Assembly (NCBI GenBank): GCA_051251855.1
Contig: JBPOGI010000001.1
Location: 1,312,001 to 1,376,000, forward strand
Direction of reading: 5' to 3'
Source: Roseibacillus sp.
GTDB taxonomy: Bacteria; Verrucomicrobiota; Verrucomicrobiia; Verrucomicrobiales; Akkermansiaceae
DNA length: 64,000 bases
Shown here: piece by piece, positions 38,568 through 47,966 of the stretch
Layout: the number at the start of each line of letters is the position of its first letter
Position numbering within the stretch: the stretch's first letter is position 1
The notes under the pieces: generated by a model
The model's input: the letters and a program-made list of their open reading frames with translations, nothing else
What the model was told of the DNA's origin: nothing
The model's database searches: none
Position numbers and translations under genes: made by a program

Positions 38568-39317
38568 ATGCTCCTTCTCGCCTCTATTGACGACCTCAAG
38601 CCTGAAAACAGCTACCTGATTAAGGGGCTCAAATCCTTTGAGGAAAAAACCACCCTGATTGGCTTCGCAGAACAGCTCATTGGATTCTTCAAAGCCTTCC
38701 ACAAGGCAAAGGGCCTCACCCCCCTCGAACACAACATCATCGCCGACCTCGAGAGTAAGCTTGGGCTCGACGTGAATCAGAACAAGAACGAAGACCCCAA
38801 GGACCTTCTTCGCACGATTCGGCACATGCTCTATGGCCACCAAACCATCTCAGGAGATCGAAGCGACAAAGAAATCACCCTCGATCACCAGGCACGAATA
38901 CAGATCCTACTCGCCAAACGCCTCGCCATTCACCGCGTCCCCCGCGAGATACGAGAATCCACATTGCAACGTCCCCTGCCCGAACTCGAAAAACTCCTCA
39001 TCCTCCCCATCGAGAACCTCAAGAGCGAACTGCTCCAATCTCCTCCAATCAAACCCAGCATAGTTGAACTCGACCGCAAACCCAACAGCCTCCTTGAGGG
39101 CCGTGCCCGCAGCGTTCTCCGTGTCCCTCTCACCCGAAACGCCGGGGATATTTTTCTCGAGCTCAACGAAATCAAAGCCAAACAACACCTCAAAGCACCT
39201 TCCATCAAACTGGAAGCGGTCGAACTCCTCATCGAGTATCTCTTCGAGCTCCAGCCCGACTCCAAGGAAGTGCAGAAGATTCGCTCCTTGTTGGAGAAAG
39301 CCAGCAAGGAGTCTTAA
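38568..39317 (+). CDS. Hypothetical protein, divergent from the AAA operon (possible regulator)
   Basis: 249-aa helical ORF. The regulator role is only positional inference. Confidence 0.55.
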   Translation: MLLLASIDDLKPENSYLIKGLKSFEEKTTLIGFAEQLIGFFKAFHKAKGLTPLEHNIIADLESKLGLDVNQNKNEDPKDLLRTIRHMLYGHQTISGDRSDKEITLDHQARIQILLAKRLAIHRVPREIRESTLQRPLPELEKLLILPIENLKSELLQSPPIKPSIVELDRKPNSLLEGRARSVLRVPLTRNAGDIFLELNEIKAKQHLKAPSIKLEAVELLIEYLFELQPDSKEVQKIRSLLEKASKES

Positions 39318-39429
39318 CAAAGGAGAGATTGCAGGCTCTCGCTCTTCCAGCTGAAAGCGCCCAAAGCTATACTACTAGCGTGAAAGAGCCGCTCACCTCA
39401 GCTTCTGTTTCACCAACCTAGACCACTCC

Positions 39430-40536
39430 ATGTCGACAACAAACGAAGCCCCTTTTTCTCCTCTCCAAGCCTTCCTTGAAAGCGAGGGCATCTTATTCGA
39501 ACATCCATCCCTCATCGAATCTCGTTTTCACGAAGAAATGGGTGAAGAATTATTCGAAGAATTCTACCAAGCGGAAGACAGCTTCATTGCCGGGAGAACT
39601 TCTCTCGAAGGGCTCTTCAGCATCCCTCAGACGAAGTCCCAACTTCATACTCTCTTCAGCCGCCAGAGCTACACCCTGAAGACTTGCTCCGAATGGCTCA
39701 CCGAGAAAGTCGAACAGCTACCCCCAGAACAACGCGAGCACATAACGGAATTGGGGTGCGCCACCGGCCTTCTCTCCAAATGGCTCAAAATCCAATTTCC
39801 TCACAGCCAGATCACTGGCCTAGACCGCAGCCCTGAATTCATCGAAATCGCGAGAGAGTCAGCCCCAGACTGTCACTTCATCGAATGGGACTATTCCTGC
39901 GGTAGTCCGCCCGAGGAGCTTCAACCCGCGACCGTCACGATCTCAGCCCTCGGAATCGACTTCTCCCTGAGACAAGATGAAATTTCAATCGAGCAAACCG
40001 ACCCCCCCTATCGCAAAGCCGATTCTTACGAATGGAGATACGAAGAGGCTAAGCGCATTTTGAAGTATTGGCGGGCCTCATGCGCCGAGGGAGCCACACT
40101 CCACACCATCCTCCGCGTCCCTCAACTCATTCACCTCCTTCCCTTTATTGATGCAGCTCAAGATGCCGGTTGGCAACTCGACCTCAAATCATCCGAGAAA
40201 GTCAAAATTGAAGACCCCTACGGTGAAGATGAAGTCATGCCCGGGCTCTGCTTCAAAGCGGTTCAAATCGAAACGTCACCAACCCGTATTCCCGAAGAAC
40301 GAGTGACCGGGTTCTGGATCTCTGACAGCATCGAAACAACCTTTCAAAACATTGAAGCCAGAGAGGTCTACAATCAACTCAAAGACGGAGTGGTCACCTC
40401 ACGAAAGGAGCAGGCATACGCAGATGGCACGACTAAGGTCATCATCGAGAAAACGTTCGGAACCTTCCGCATCCGATACAGCTACACCAGCACCGAATAC
40501 GCCGAGCTCGAGTTCCTTCCTCTCTTGCAGTTGTGA
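39430..40536 (+). CDS. Class I SAM-dependent methyltransferase, substrate unknown
   Basis: HITELGCATGLLS...ITGLDRSPEFIEIAR. Confidence 0.75.
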   Translation: MSTTNEAPFSPLQAFLESEGILFEHPSLIESRFHEEMGEELFEEFYQAEDSFIAGRTSLEGLFSIPQTKSQLHTLFSRQSYTLKTCSEWLTEKVEQLPPEQREHITELGCATGLLSKWLKIQFPHSQITGLDRSPEFIEIARESAPDCHFIEWDYSCGSPPEELQPATVTISALGIDFSLRQDEISIEQTDPPYRKADSYEWRYEEAKRILKYWRASCAEGATLHTILRVPQLIHLLPFIDAAQDAGWQLDLKSSEKVKIEDPYGEDEVMPGLCFKAVQIETSPTRIPEERVTGFWISDSIETTFQNIEAREVYNQLKDGVVTSRKEQAYADGTTKVIIEKTFGTFRIRYSYTSTEYAELEFLPLLQL

Positions 40537-40628
40537 AGTGTCCCCTCACCCACTCCACTAGAACTTTAAAACTGCTTTGAAAGAAAAGCGTGGGAGTGGT
40601 TTTCCTGACAAACCTCTGCACAGTTGCA

Positions 40629-40684
40629 CCTCAAGAACCGACTCGCCAGCGTGGTCGACTTCTTAACACCTAGTCTTGTTAGGA
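40629..40684 (-). repeat. attC-like repeat, copy A (partial)
   Basis: On the minus strand TCCTAAC overlaps the stop codon, followed by AAGAC...GTCGACCACGCTGGCGAGTCGG...CTTGA, homologous to copies B and C. Confidence 0.45.
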
Positions 40685-41143
40685 CCTGATGGTCGCGGAT
40701 TTGTCCACCGCCTCTTGCTCAAGAGGTGCTTCCGGGTATCCAACCGTGAGACATTCAGTCAAATACTGCCTCAGAAATCTTTCAACACTGCCAAGCCTCT
40801 CATATTGGGACGTGTGAACACATTCGTGGGCAATCAATTCGCGCTCTCCCCAGCAATCCGTTCTAATGAAGATCCCATACCGAAGCGCCATTCCTCCTGT
40901 GTTAGGTGAAATCAACCCGGTAGCTGTTGCGGCAGCACTGAGAACGGGGTCACTTGGACTGGGAACAACGCTTACCTTCAGCACTCGGATCTTCTCAGGA
41001 TGCGAGACTCCAACTAGTCGCGCATCAGCAATCCCCTCCTCTGAAAGTGGCTCGCCCTGCAGCAGGATCATCTTCTCCTGCTCTTCGACCCATTGTGTCG
41101 CGAGAGGAAGAATCGTCTCAAATTGGCTGAGGATACTATTCAT
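40679..41143 (-). CDS. DUF4157-like HExxH protein (cassette-like gene)
   Basis: GMALRYGIFIR...LIAHECVHTSQYERLG...APLEQEA. Confidence 0.7.
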   Translation of the reverse strand: MNSILSQFETILPLATQWVEEQEKMILLQGEPLSEEGIADARLVGVSHPEKIRVLKVSVVPSPSDPVLSAAATATGLISPNTGGMALRYGIFIRTDCWGERELIAHECVHTSQYERLGSVERFLRQYLTECLTVGYPEAPLEQEAVDKSATIRS

Positions 41144-41149
41144 TTTCTA

Positions 41150-41278
41150 AGACAACGTTTCAACACGACCTATCCGACTGGCTTGACGCACCTTCGCTAC
41201 CCGTACCATGCCCCTGCCTCCAGTCAAGCCTTCGACCCACCAGCGGGGTCGAATTTATGATTCTTCGTATTGTCAGCC
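41150..41278 (-). repeat. attC-like repeat, copy B (129 bp)
   Basis: Starts at the HIRAN stop (GGCTGAC) and ends GAAACGTTGTCT, with the GTT 10 nt before the next ATG. It shares a ~60-bp near-identical core with copy C. Confidence 0.5.
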
Positions 41279-41884
41279 TTCTGGAACTGCCGCCTTGCGA
41301 ACGACGACTTCAACGGCACCGTAGCCACCGTGCCTATGAACCTCCTCTATCTCGCAGAGCAAGCAAACACCATCACGCAACTGTTTCCAAATCGCTACAT
41401 TACTCGTCCGCGGAATATACCCCAGCATAGCACTTTCAAATAATACAGCCACGGCATTGGCGTCATGCGGGTGAGAGGTCAACGCCACCATCCTTAAAAT
41501 CCCCCCAATTTTCAGTGTTCTCTTTATACCCGGTCCGTCGTAATACTGAAAGCCAGCAATAGGATACCTCTTTCCGTCCTCATAGAGGCCTGGAGCGCTT
41601 CTCTTGCGGCGTCGAACCGGTTGCTCACTCCGCTCATCACTGCAAGTAGGTTCAGGAAATCGGAGAATCCTCTCCGGCTTAAATGGATGAGTCAGATCTA
41701 GGATATCGATACCCAGCTCGCTAATCATTCGTTCAATGTCCAAGCTACACTTGTCACTCTGACGGATTGCTAAATCTAGCGAGTTTTGGCGCTCACCCAA
41801 AGCGCCATTCGCCGACCCGCATGCCAGCCTGAGCAACTTGTGAACTAGGTCAAATTCCCTCATCGATCCCCGAGTATGCTGCAA
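41273..41884 (-). CDS. HIRAN-domain protein (start uncertain, N-terminus may be decayed)
   Basis: YPIAGFQYY...HPHDANAVAVLF...LGYIPR is the HIRAN signature. Confidence 0.72.
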   Translation of the reverse strand: MQHTRGSMREFDLVHKLLRLACGSANGALGERQNSLDLAIRQSDKCSLDIERMISELGIDILDLTHPFKPERILRFPEPTCSDERSEQPVRRRKRSAPGLYEDGKRYPIAGFQYYDGPGIKRTLKIGGILRMVALTSHPHDANAVAVLFESAMLGYIPRTSNVAIWKQLRDGVCLLCEIEEVHRHGGYGAVEVVVRKAAVPEG

Positions 41885-41950
41885 ACTGGGATAATAAGTC
41901 GATCTTTTACTGGGGTGTCACTCGGCCGATTATGCTCATCGATTTCTTCA

Positions 41951-42080
41951 GCCGAACGTTCAATTACACCGAATCCGACCGACGCAGTGCCCTTTCATTA
42001 TTTTCACCACCTTCCCTCCTCCAGTCAAGCCTCCGACCCACCAGCGGTGGTCGAACTTATGGCTCTTCGTTTTGTTCTGA
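41951..42080 (-). repeat. attC-like repeat, copy C (130 bp)
   Basis: On the minus strand: TCAGAAC AAAACGAAGAGCCATAAGTTCGACCACCGCTGGTGGGTCGGAGGCTTGACTGGAGG ... TTGAACGTTCGGC, with AAC...GTT termini. Confidence 0.55.
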
Positions 42081-42893
42081 TACACCTTTCGCCTCTCATT
42101 TATGTAGGGTCTTCGCGAGTCCTCAAGAGTCGCTTCCCATAAATTATTAGAGATTGTCCAAGCCTGAACTTTGACTCACCGTTAGTCTTGACTGTCAAAG
42201 TGACGTCTTCGTCACGCTTCCAATTCTTTCTCTCTAACAATGCCCTTGGCCTGACTCCTACCCTGCCGAGGAGAGGTCAACCGTATCCTTATGGCGGCAC
42301 CTTCGCTCATATTGCGGTCGGCAAAGCCGCTAGGCTTTCCAGATAAGGAAGAAGCCATCGCACTCGGAATGCCACAAATTCACAATGGCCAGAGGCGATC
42401 AGGCAATTTGATTCGCGGCGAAGAACTGCAGGGCTAAGACGAGAATTAGATTACGCACATCTAGAAAAGTAGTGCTATTGGAAAATTTTCATAAGTGAAT
42501 ACGCAATTTTCGCACCTCTGGTGTCATTAGATTCTGAGTAGGGAGCAGTTAATCTGTGGGGCCGGGTTAAAGGTGATTCTTTGCGATGCTGGGAGCAGTG
42601 GGCTGCTTCGTGCCAGTTAGCTGACTCGAACCTTTCTCCCTGACCGCTCCTGACCGCTAGGAAATCTCAAAGACAACGAGCCATCCTGTAACAAAAATAT
42701 CAGCATCGCACGGAGGGTGGATCCTCCAATCTTGACGAGCCGACCTTCGCGCGATTCAACCACTACCAACACTCTCCCCGCGTCTGCTATTCCAGCAGGT
42801 CCGGGAGCCACCTGGCAATCGCCACGGCAGGCTCCTGAGTAGGGGTCGTCGTGTTGTTTGCCTTTCACAACCAACCGAAAGGAAACCCCAACG

Positions 42894-43547
42894 ATGAGTC
42901 CCATGATGGAAGAAATGTTAGTACAAGAAGTCGTGCCTCGCCTGCGAAATGCAGCAAGCACAATTCCGAAAATCGGCCATGAAGACAACGATGAAATCGT
43001 TCAGGACGCCACTTTGATGGCGGCCCGAATGATGGACTCCGCCGAAAAGGCAGGCCGCAGATTCACCGCCGGAACCATGTCTTACTATACGATCAAAGCT
43101 GCGAGAAGCGGACGCCGTAGTTATTACAGTGGTCGCAGTGAAGCATTATCAGCCGGTTGTCAAATCGACGGCAAGGCAAAGCACCAATGGATGGATATGG
43201 AGGTCGAGTTCGAGAACGGAGATGTCGGGACCTTGCACGACGTCATAGCGCCCAGTCGCTACTTTGGCCAAGAACCCGATCCTGCCGAGGAAGCCGCACG
43301 TAATCTCGATTGGGAGGCCTTTTTCGCCAATCACTCGAAGCGCCACCGCAAAGCCATTCTTGCACTAGTTGAAGGTAATACCATGCGCGAAGCTGGAAGA
43401 CGATGTGGCCTCAAAGATAGCGCCGCGCTGAACTTGAAACGCCGCATCGCCGCCGACCTCATCGAGTTTTTCGGCGAGGACGTAATCCGGTGTTTGTTGG
43501 ACGGCGCGCGCCCTCACTGGGAATCCGGTCTACAGATATCGCGTTAG
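42894..43547 (+). CDS. Sigma-70/ECF-like putative transcription regulator
   Basis: Region-2-like EDNDEIVQDA and region-4-like SKRHRKAILALVEGNTMREAGRRCGLKDSA. An AAAGGA RBS lies upstream. Confidence 0.55.
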   Translation: MSPMMEEMLVQEVVPRLRNAASTIPKIGHEDNDEIVQDATLMAARMMDSAEKAGRRFTAGTMSYYTIKAARSGRRSYYSGRSEALSAGCQIDGKAKHQWMDMEVEFENGDVGTLHDVIAPSRYFGQEPDPAEEAARNLDWEAFFANHSKRHRKAILALVEGNTMREAGRRCGLKDSAALNLKRRIAADLIEFFGEDVIRCLLDGARPHWESGLQISR

Positions 43548-43704
43548 CGGTATCTACCGTGTTACCGATGAATTCAATGCGTCAGAGCAGTCGAAGACAC
43601 GAGGTCACTCCCAGAATCCTGAGCATAAGCTTCGAGATGACATCGCCGCGCGAAAAAGCAACCTGAGTAAAAGTCTTCAACAGCCGCAGAATAACAAAAC
43701 AACA

Positions 43705-43749
43705 AGCTTGCCACGCCACCTTCGTTGAGGGTGGCGGGCCTGCTTTTTT
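43705..43749 (+). terminator. Intrinsic terminator
   Basis: CGCCACCTTC-gtt-GAGGGTGGCG hairpin followed by a T run. Confidence 0.6.
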
Positions 43750-44011
43750 ATCTCCCTCCATCGCGACGGCTTCATCAAAGCTGGCTCAACACCCGGAGGA
43801 TTGATTACTGAAATCCTACCAACAGTTTTAAAAGGCTAAGCAATGTCCGTTCAGACACTGAAAACGTTCGACCCCACAAAAAACGCAAAAATCCTTCGCC
43901 ACTATTTCGCCAGTAAGTGGCCACAAACCCCTGCATTTGGGTGCATACTGCTGCATTTCCAACACACACTAAATCCGATTCAACCCTTTAACAGAAAGAG
44001 ATTTAAGAGAG

Positions 44012-44085
44012 AGGCGGCGGGCGGATTCGAACCGCCGAATACAGGTTTTGCAAACCCGCGCCTTAGACCACTTGGCCACGCCGCC
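44012..44085 (-). tRNA. tRNA-Cys(GCA)
   Basis: GGCGGCGTGGCCAAGTGGTCTAAGGCGCGGGTTTGCAAAACCTGTATTCGGCGGTTCGAATCCGCCCGCCGCCT: acceptor stem, GCA anticodon, TTCGAA loop and U73 discriminator. CCA is not encoded. Confidence 0.95.
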
Positions 44086-44230
44086 TTAGTTTTCTTCCGC
44101 TCAAACGCGAACGGGCGCAAGGCTTAGAGTCTCGACGGGAAGCTGTCAATCCCCCTCTTGCTCGAATCTTCCATTCCGTCACAGAAAAGCGTGTGCCCTC
44201 CAGCACTCTTGGGGTTAGAATATCCCGCGC

Positions 44231-45790
44231 ATGGAACTGTATCCCCGAGAATCCGAAAATCGCCCTGAGGCTCCCGCCATTCGCGCCTCCATTCATGTCG
44301 GCGCTTCGGCCATCTCCATGCTCATTCTCGACTGCGGAGATCCCGAACAACCACTCCCTCTTGAATTCCTCGAACAACCCCTTCCCTTAGGTCGAGACGT
44401 TTTCTCCAATGGTCTGGTTTCGCGCTCTACTACAGAGCGAGCCGTCGAAATCCTTACTGGGTATCTCGTCTCTCTTCGCGAGCTCGGAGCTGGTCCTGAA
44501 GAAGTCTCACGCGTGGTCGTTTCCAATATTCTTTCTGAAGCCACCAACAAGGAAATCGTTTCCAACCGTCTCTCGGTAGCCACCGGACTATCCATCGAGA
44601 TTCTTGACGATGGTGAAATGACCCGACTCGTCTACCTCAAGACCCTACGCCGACTCCACGAAATTGAGTCCATGAAAAAGCGGGTCACGCTCGTCGCCCA
44701 CGTGGGTCCCGGTAATACGCGCGCCCTTCTTTTTGCGAAAGGCCACATCGACGAATACGAATCCTACCGACTTGGCACCCACCGTACTGCCGAAATCATC
44801 GACGCCTCCTTCACCGAGGGCGAGGCCCAGCTTCGCCTCATTCGCGACAGCGCCTCGGGACCAATCTCGCGCGTCCAGTTCGACCTCCGCGAGCACCAAG
44901 TAGAAGAGCTCGTCCTCATCGGTTACGAGATTCAACTGCTAGCCCCTTACCTTCTCAAGTCCGAAAACGCTTCCCGTTGCTCAGTCAAGGCGTTACGCAC
45001 TCTTTGCCAAGAAGCGGCCAATCTTCCAGAAGACCAACGCGCTGCCGCCTACCAACTCGACTACCACACCGCCGACGCGCTTCTTCCCGCCCTCCAGATC
45101 AATCTCTCCATCGCAGAGGCATTCGGAGTTAAATATATTCACATCCCTACCTCAGATTACGAGCGAGGACTCCTCCACGATCTGCCCTTCTCTGCTGGCC
45201 TCACCCGCGAGTTTGAAGACGAGGTGATTCGTTCCGCATCCAACCTCGCCGAAAAATACGAGACCCATAGTAATCACGGAGAACAAGTCGCTTTTCTCTG
45301 CAAAAGACTCTTCGAAGAAACGCAAAACCTTCACCGCCTCTCGGACCAAGACAGCCTCCTCCTCCACGTCGCGGCTATCGTTCATGAGGTTGGAGGTTTC
45401 GTCAGCCCCCACGCGCACCACAAGCACTCCCAATACATCATCCTTAATTCCGAAATCTTTGGACTCTCAGAGCGGGAGCGCACCCTGGTCGCCTTAATCG
45501 CTCGCTATCACCGCATGTCAGCCCCCAAGCTCACCCACGATCTCTACCGCGCGCTCTCCCACCCCGACCGCATTCGGGTGAGCAAGCTTGCCGCCCTCCT
45601 CCGCGTCGCCGACGCCCTTGAGCGTACCCACTCAAACCGTGTCCGAGACCTCACCGTATCCATCGTCAAAAACAAACTCGTCCTCCAACTTAAGGACATC
45701 CCCGATGCTACCGCCGAACGCCTCGCCCTTGAGGGTAAGGCCGACCTCTTCCAAGACATTTTCGGCCTCGAAGTGATCATCAGCGAATAA
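44231..45790 (+). CDS. ppx: Ppx/GppA exopolyphosphatase family with HD domain
   Basis: ASIHVGASAI, VAHVGPGNT, AAIVHEVG...HHKHSQYII...LLRVADALE. Adjacent to ppk1. Confidence 0.88.
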   Translation: MELYPRESENRPEAPAIRASIHVGASAISMLILDCGDPEQPLPLEFLEQPLPLGRDVFSNGLVSRSTTERAVEILTGYLVSLRELGAGPEEVSRVVVSNILSEATNKEIVSNRLSVATGLSIEILDDGEMTRLVYLKTLRRLHEIESMKKRVTLVAHVGPGNTRALLFAKGHIDEYESYRLGTHRTAEIIDASFTEGEAQLRLIRDSASGPISRVQFDLREHQVEELVLIGYEIQLLAPYLLKSENASRCSVKALRTLCQEAANLPEDQRAAAYQLDYHTADALLPALQINLSIAEAFGVKYIHIPTSDYERGLLHDLPFSAGLTREFEDEVIRSASNLAEKYETHSNHGEQVAFLCKRLFEETQNLHRLSDQDSLLLHVAAIVHEVGGFVSPHAHHKHSQYIILNSEIFGLSERERTLVALIARYHRMSAPKLTHDLYRALSHPDRIRVSKLAALLRVADALERTHSNRVRDLTVSIVKNKLVLQLKDIPDATAERLALEGKADLFQDIFGLEVIISE

Positions 45791-45804
45791 CTTGCCTTTC
45801 AAAC

Positions 45805-47892
45805 ATGCCCGACCAATTCATCAATCGCGAACTCTCCTGGCTTGAGTTCAATCAACGCGTCCTCGAACAAGCAAAGAGACCTAACATCCCTATTCTCGAG
45901 CGTGTCAAATTTCTCGCCATCACAGCCTCGAACCTCGACGAATTTTTCCAAGTGCGCGTGGGTGGGCTCACAATGATGCGACGTTCTGGTTCAACCCTGC
46001 GCGATCAGACCGGCCTTACCCCCTCCCAACAGCTGGCCCAGATTCGTAAGCGCTGTCAGCAAATGTCCGAAGAGCAATATCGCATCCTCGTCGACGAAAT
46101 TTCTCCCGAGCTCTCCCAGCGTGGATTGATCTACTTGCAACCCAAAGACCTTACCCCCGAAGAGCGCATTGGAGTCGACGACTACTTCTCCTCTTTCATT
46201 TTCCCCATGCTCACTCCTCTGGCACTAGAGTCTTCCCAGCACGCCATTGCCCTTCCTTCTCTTCAAATCGTCATTGCGGCACGCCTCGAGTCCGCCGAAG
46301 AGACTCGCTACGCTTTCGTCCCCATCCCCATCAACATTCCTCGGTTCATCTCGGTTCCTCGTGAAGACGGCGAAGGGTTCGTCATGTTAGAGGACCTTGT
46401 TCGCTTTCATCTCGGCGACCTCTTTCCTCGCGAAACAGTCACTGGCACAGCCCTTTTCCGCCTCACCCGCAACACTGACATCGCCGTTGACGAGGAAGAC
46501 GCCTCTGACCTCATTGACGACATGAAGGAAGTTCTCTCCGCTCGGCGCTTCTCGGCCACAGTCCGCCTACAACTTCGCACCGGAGCCCCTCGCGACATCA
46601 CGCGCCTAATCCAAGAGCTCACTGGAACCGGCCCCGGCCACCTTTATCGTGTCCCAGGTCCCCTGGCGCTCGCCGAGTTCATGCAGCTCGCTTTTCGTCC
46701 CGGTTACGATCATCTCCGAGAGAAAAATTGGGCCCCACAACCCCCTCCTGCTCCCGACCCTGCTATCTCAATCTTCGAAGCCATTGCCTCTAAGGATGTC
46801 CTGCTTTCTCACCCCTACGAGTCCTTCGAACCCGTCGTGCGCTTGCTCAAGGAATCAGCCGAGGACCCCGGTGTTCTCTCCATCAAACAAGTTCTCTACC
46901 GCACCGCCGAACAATCGGGTGTTATCGACGCTCTCATTCGTGCTGCGCAAAACGGCAAGCAAGTCACCGTCCTCATCGAGCTCAAAGCACGCTTCGACGA
47001 GGCTCGCAACCTTCACCGCGCCGAGGAGTTGCAACGCGCCGGAGTGCAAGTCGTCTATGGCGTCAAAGGGCTCAAGACCCACGCCAAGATCACCCTCGTC
47101 TCTCGCAACGAAGACGGACGTTTACGCCGCTACGTCCATCTCGGCACTGGCAACTACAACGAGTCCACCGCCCGACTCTACACCGACATTTCTTACCTCA
47201 CCTGCCGCCCCGAGTATGGCGCCGACGCTTCCCTCTTCTTCAACGCCGTCACTGGCCGCTCCAAGCTCGTTCGTCTTCAAAAACTGGCTCCCGCACCCAC
47301 CATGCTCAAGCAACGAGTCCTCGAGCTCATCGAAGGTGAAATCAGCCGCGCCCAGCAAGGAGACACCGCCCTCATCATGGCCAAGATGAACTCGCTTCAA
47401 CATCCCGAAATCATCTCCGCACTCTACAGAGCCTCCCGCGCCGGAGTCGAAATCAAACTTAACGTGCGAGGCATCTGCTGTCTCAAGACCGGCAACCGCA
47501 AGGACGCGAAAAACATTCAAGTGGTCTCCATTGTCGATCGCTTCCTCGAGCATGCCCGCATCTTCTACTTTCATCGCGGGGGCGACCCCGACATCTACAT
47601 TTCCTCCGCCGACTGGATGGTTCGTAACCTCGACTCCCGCGTCGAGCTCATGACCCCCATCGAAGACCGTTCATGCAAGCGCCAACTCATTCGAATTCTT
47701 GAAGCCTGCTTCAAAGACAACACCAATTCATTTCTCATTAGAAGCGACGGCACCAGCACCCCCATTCAGCCAGCCAAAGGAGAACGCACCTTCCGGCTCC
47801 AAGAGCACCTCTACAAGCAAGCCGCCAAAGCTGCTCGCAACCACGAGCGCCAGAAAGCAACCACCTTCGAGCCCTACCTCCCCAACGACTAG
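45805..47892 (+). CDS. ppk1: Polyphosphate kinase 1
   Basis: FINRELSWLEFNQRVL, SNLDEFFQVRV, ELKARFDE, KTHAK, GTGNYN, RFLEHARI, SADWMVRNLDSRVE. Confidence 0.97.
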   Translation: MPDQFINRELSWLEFNQRVLEQAKRPNIPILERVKFLAITASNLDEFFQVRVGGLTMMRRSGSTLRDQTGLTPSQQLAQIRKRCQQMSEEQYRILVDEISPELSQRGLIYLQPKDLTPEERIGVDDYFSSFIFPMLTPLALESSQHAIALPSLQIVIAARLESAEETRYAFVPIPINIPRFISVPREDGEGFVMLEDLVRFHLGDLFPRETVTGTALFRLTRNTDIAVDEEDASDLIDDMKEVLSARRFSATVRLQLRTGAPRDITRLIQELTGTGPGHLYRVPGPLALAEFMQLAFRPGYDHLREKNWAPQPPPAPDPAISIFEAIASKDVLLSHPYESFEPVVRLLKESAEDPGVLSIKQVLYRTAEQSGVIDALIRAAQNGKQVTVLIELKARFDEARNLHRAEELQRAGVQVVYGVKGLKTHAKITLVSRNEDGRLRRYVHLGTGNYNESTARLYTDISYLTCRPEYGADASLFFNAVTGRSKLVRLQKLAPAPTMLKQRVLELIEGEISRAQQGDTALIMAKMNSLQHPEIISALYRASRAGVEIKLNVRGICCLKTGNRKDAKNIQVVSIVDRFLEHARIFYFHRGGDPDIYISSADWMVRNLDSRVELMTPIEDRSCKRQLIRILEACFKDNTNSFLIRSDGTSTPIQPAKGERTFRLQEHLYKQAAKAARNHERQKATTFEPYLPND

Positions 47893-47966
47893 TAAAGGTT
47901 TCGCAAACAAGCTTCCAAGTATCAGCCTCGACTCAGCGCCAAAAAACACCCAGTCTCCCGCCCTCA

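Larger units (their letters stand above)
1..44011. mobile_element. tRNA-Cys-anchored genomic island / integrative element (left end and integrase outside window)
   Basis: Housekeeping genes stop abruptly at the 3' end of tRNA-Cys. Everything to the left is replication-like, defence or hypothetical genes of mixed composition. No att duplicate or integrase was seen, so the extent is inferred. Confidence 0.75.

Noticed and set aside
40629..42080. CRISPR array interpretation of the repeats
   Set aside because: The units are ~130 bp and separated by whole genes. There are no regular short spacers and no cas genes.
43843..44377. ORFs 43843..44127 and 44063..44377
   Set aside because: They overlap tRNA-Cys and the ppx start; spurious.
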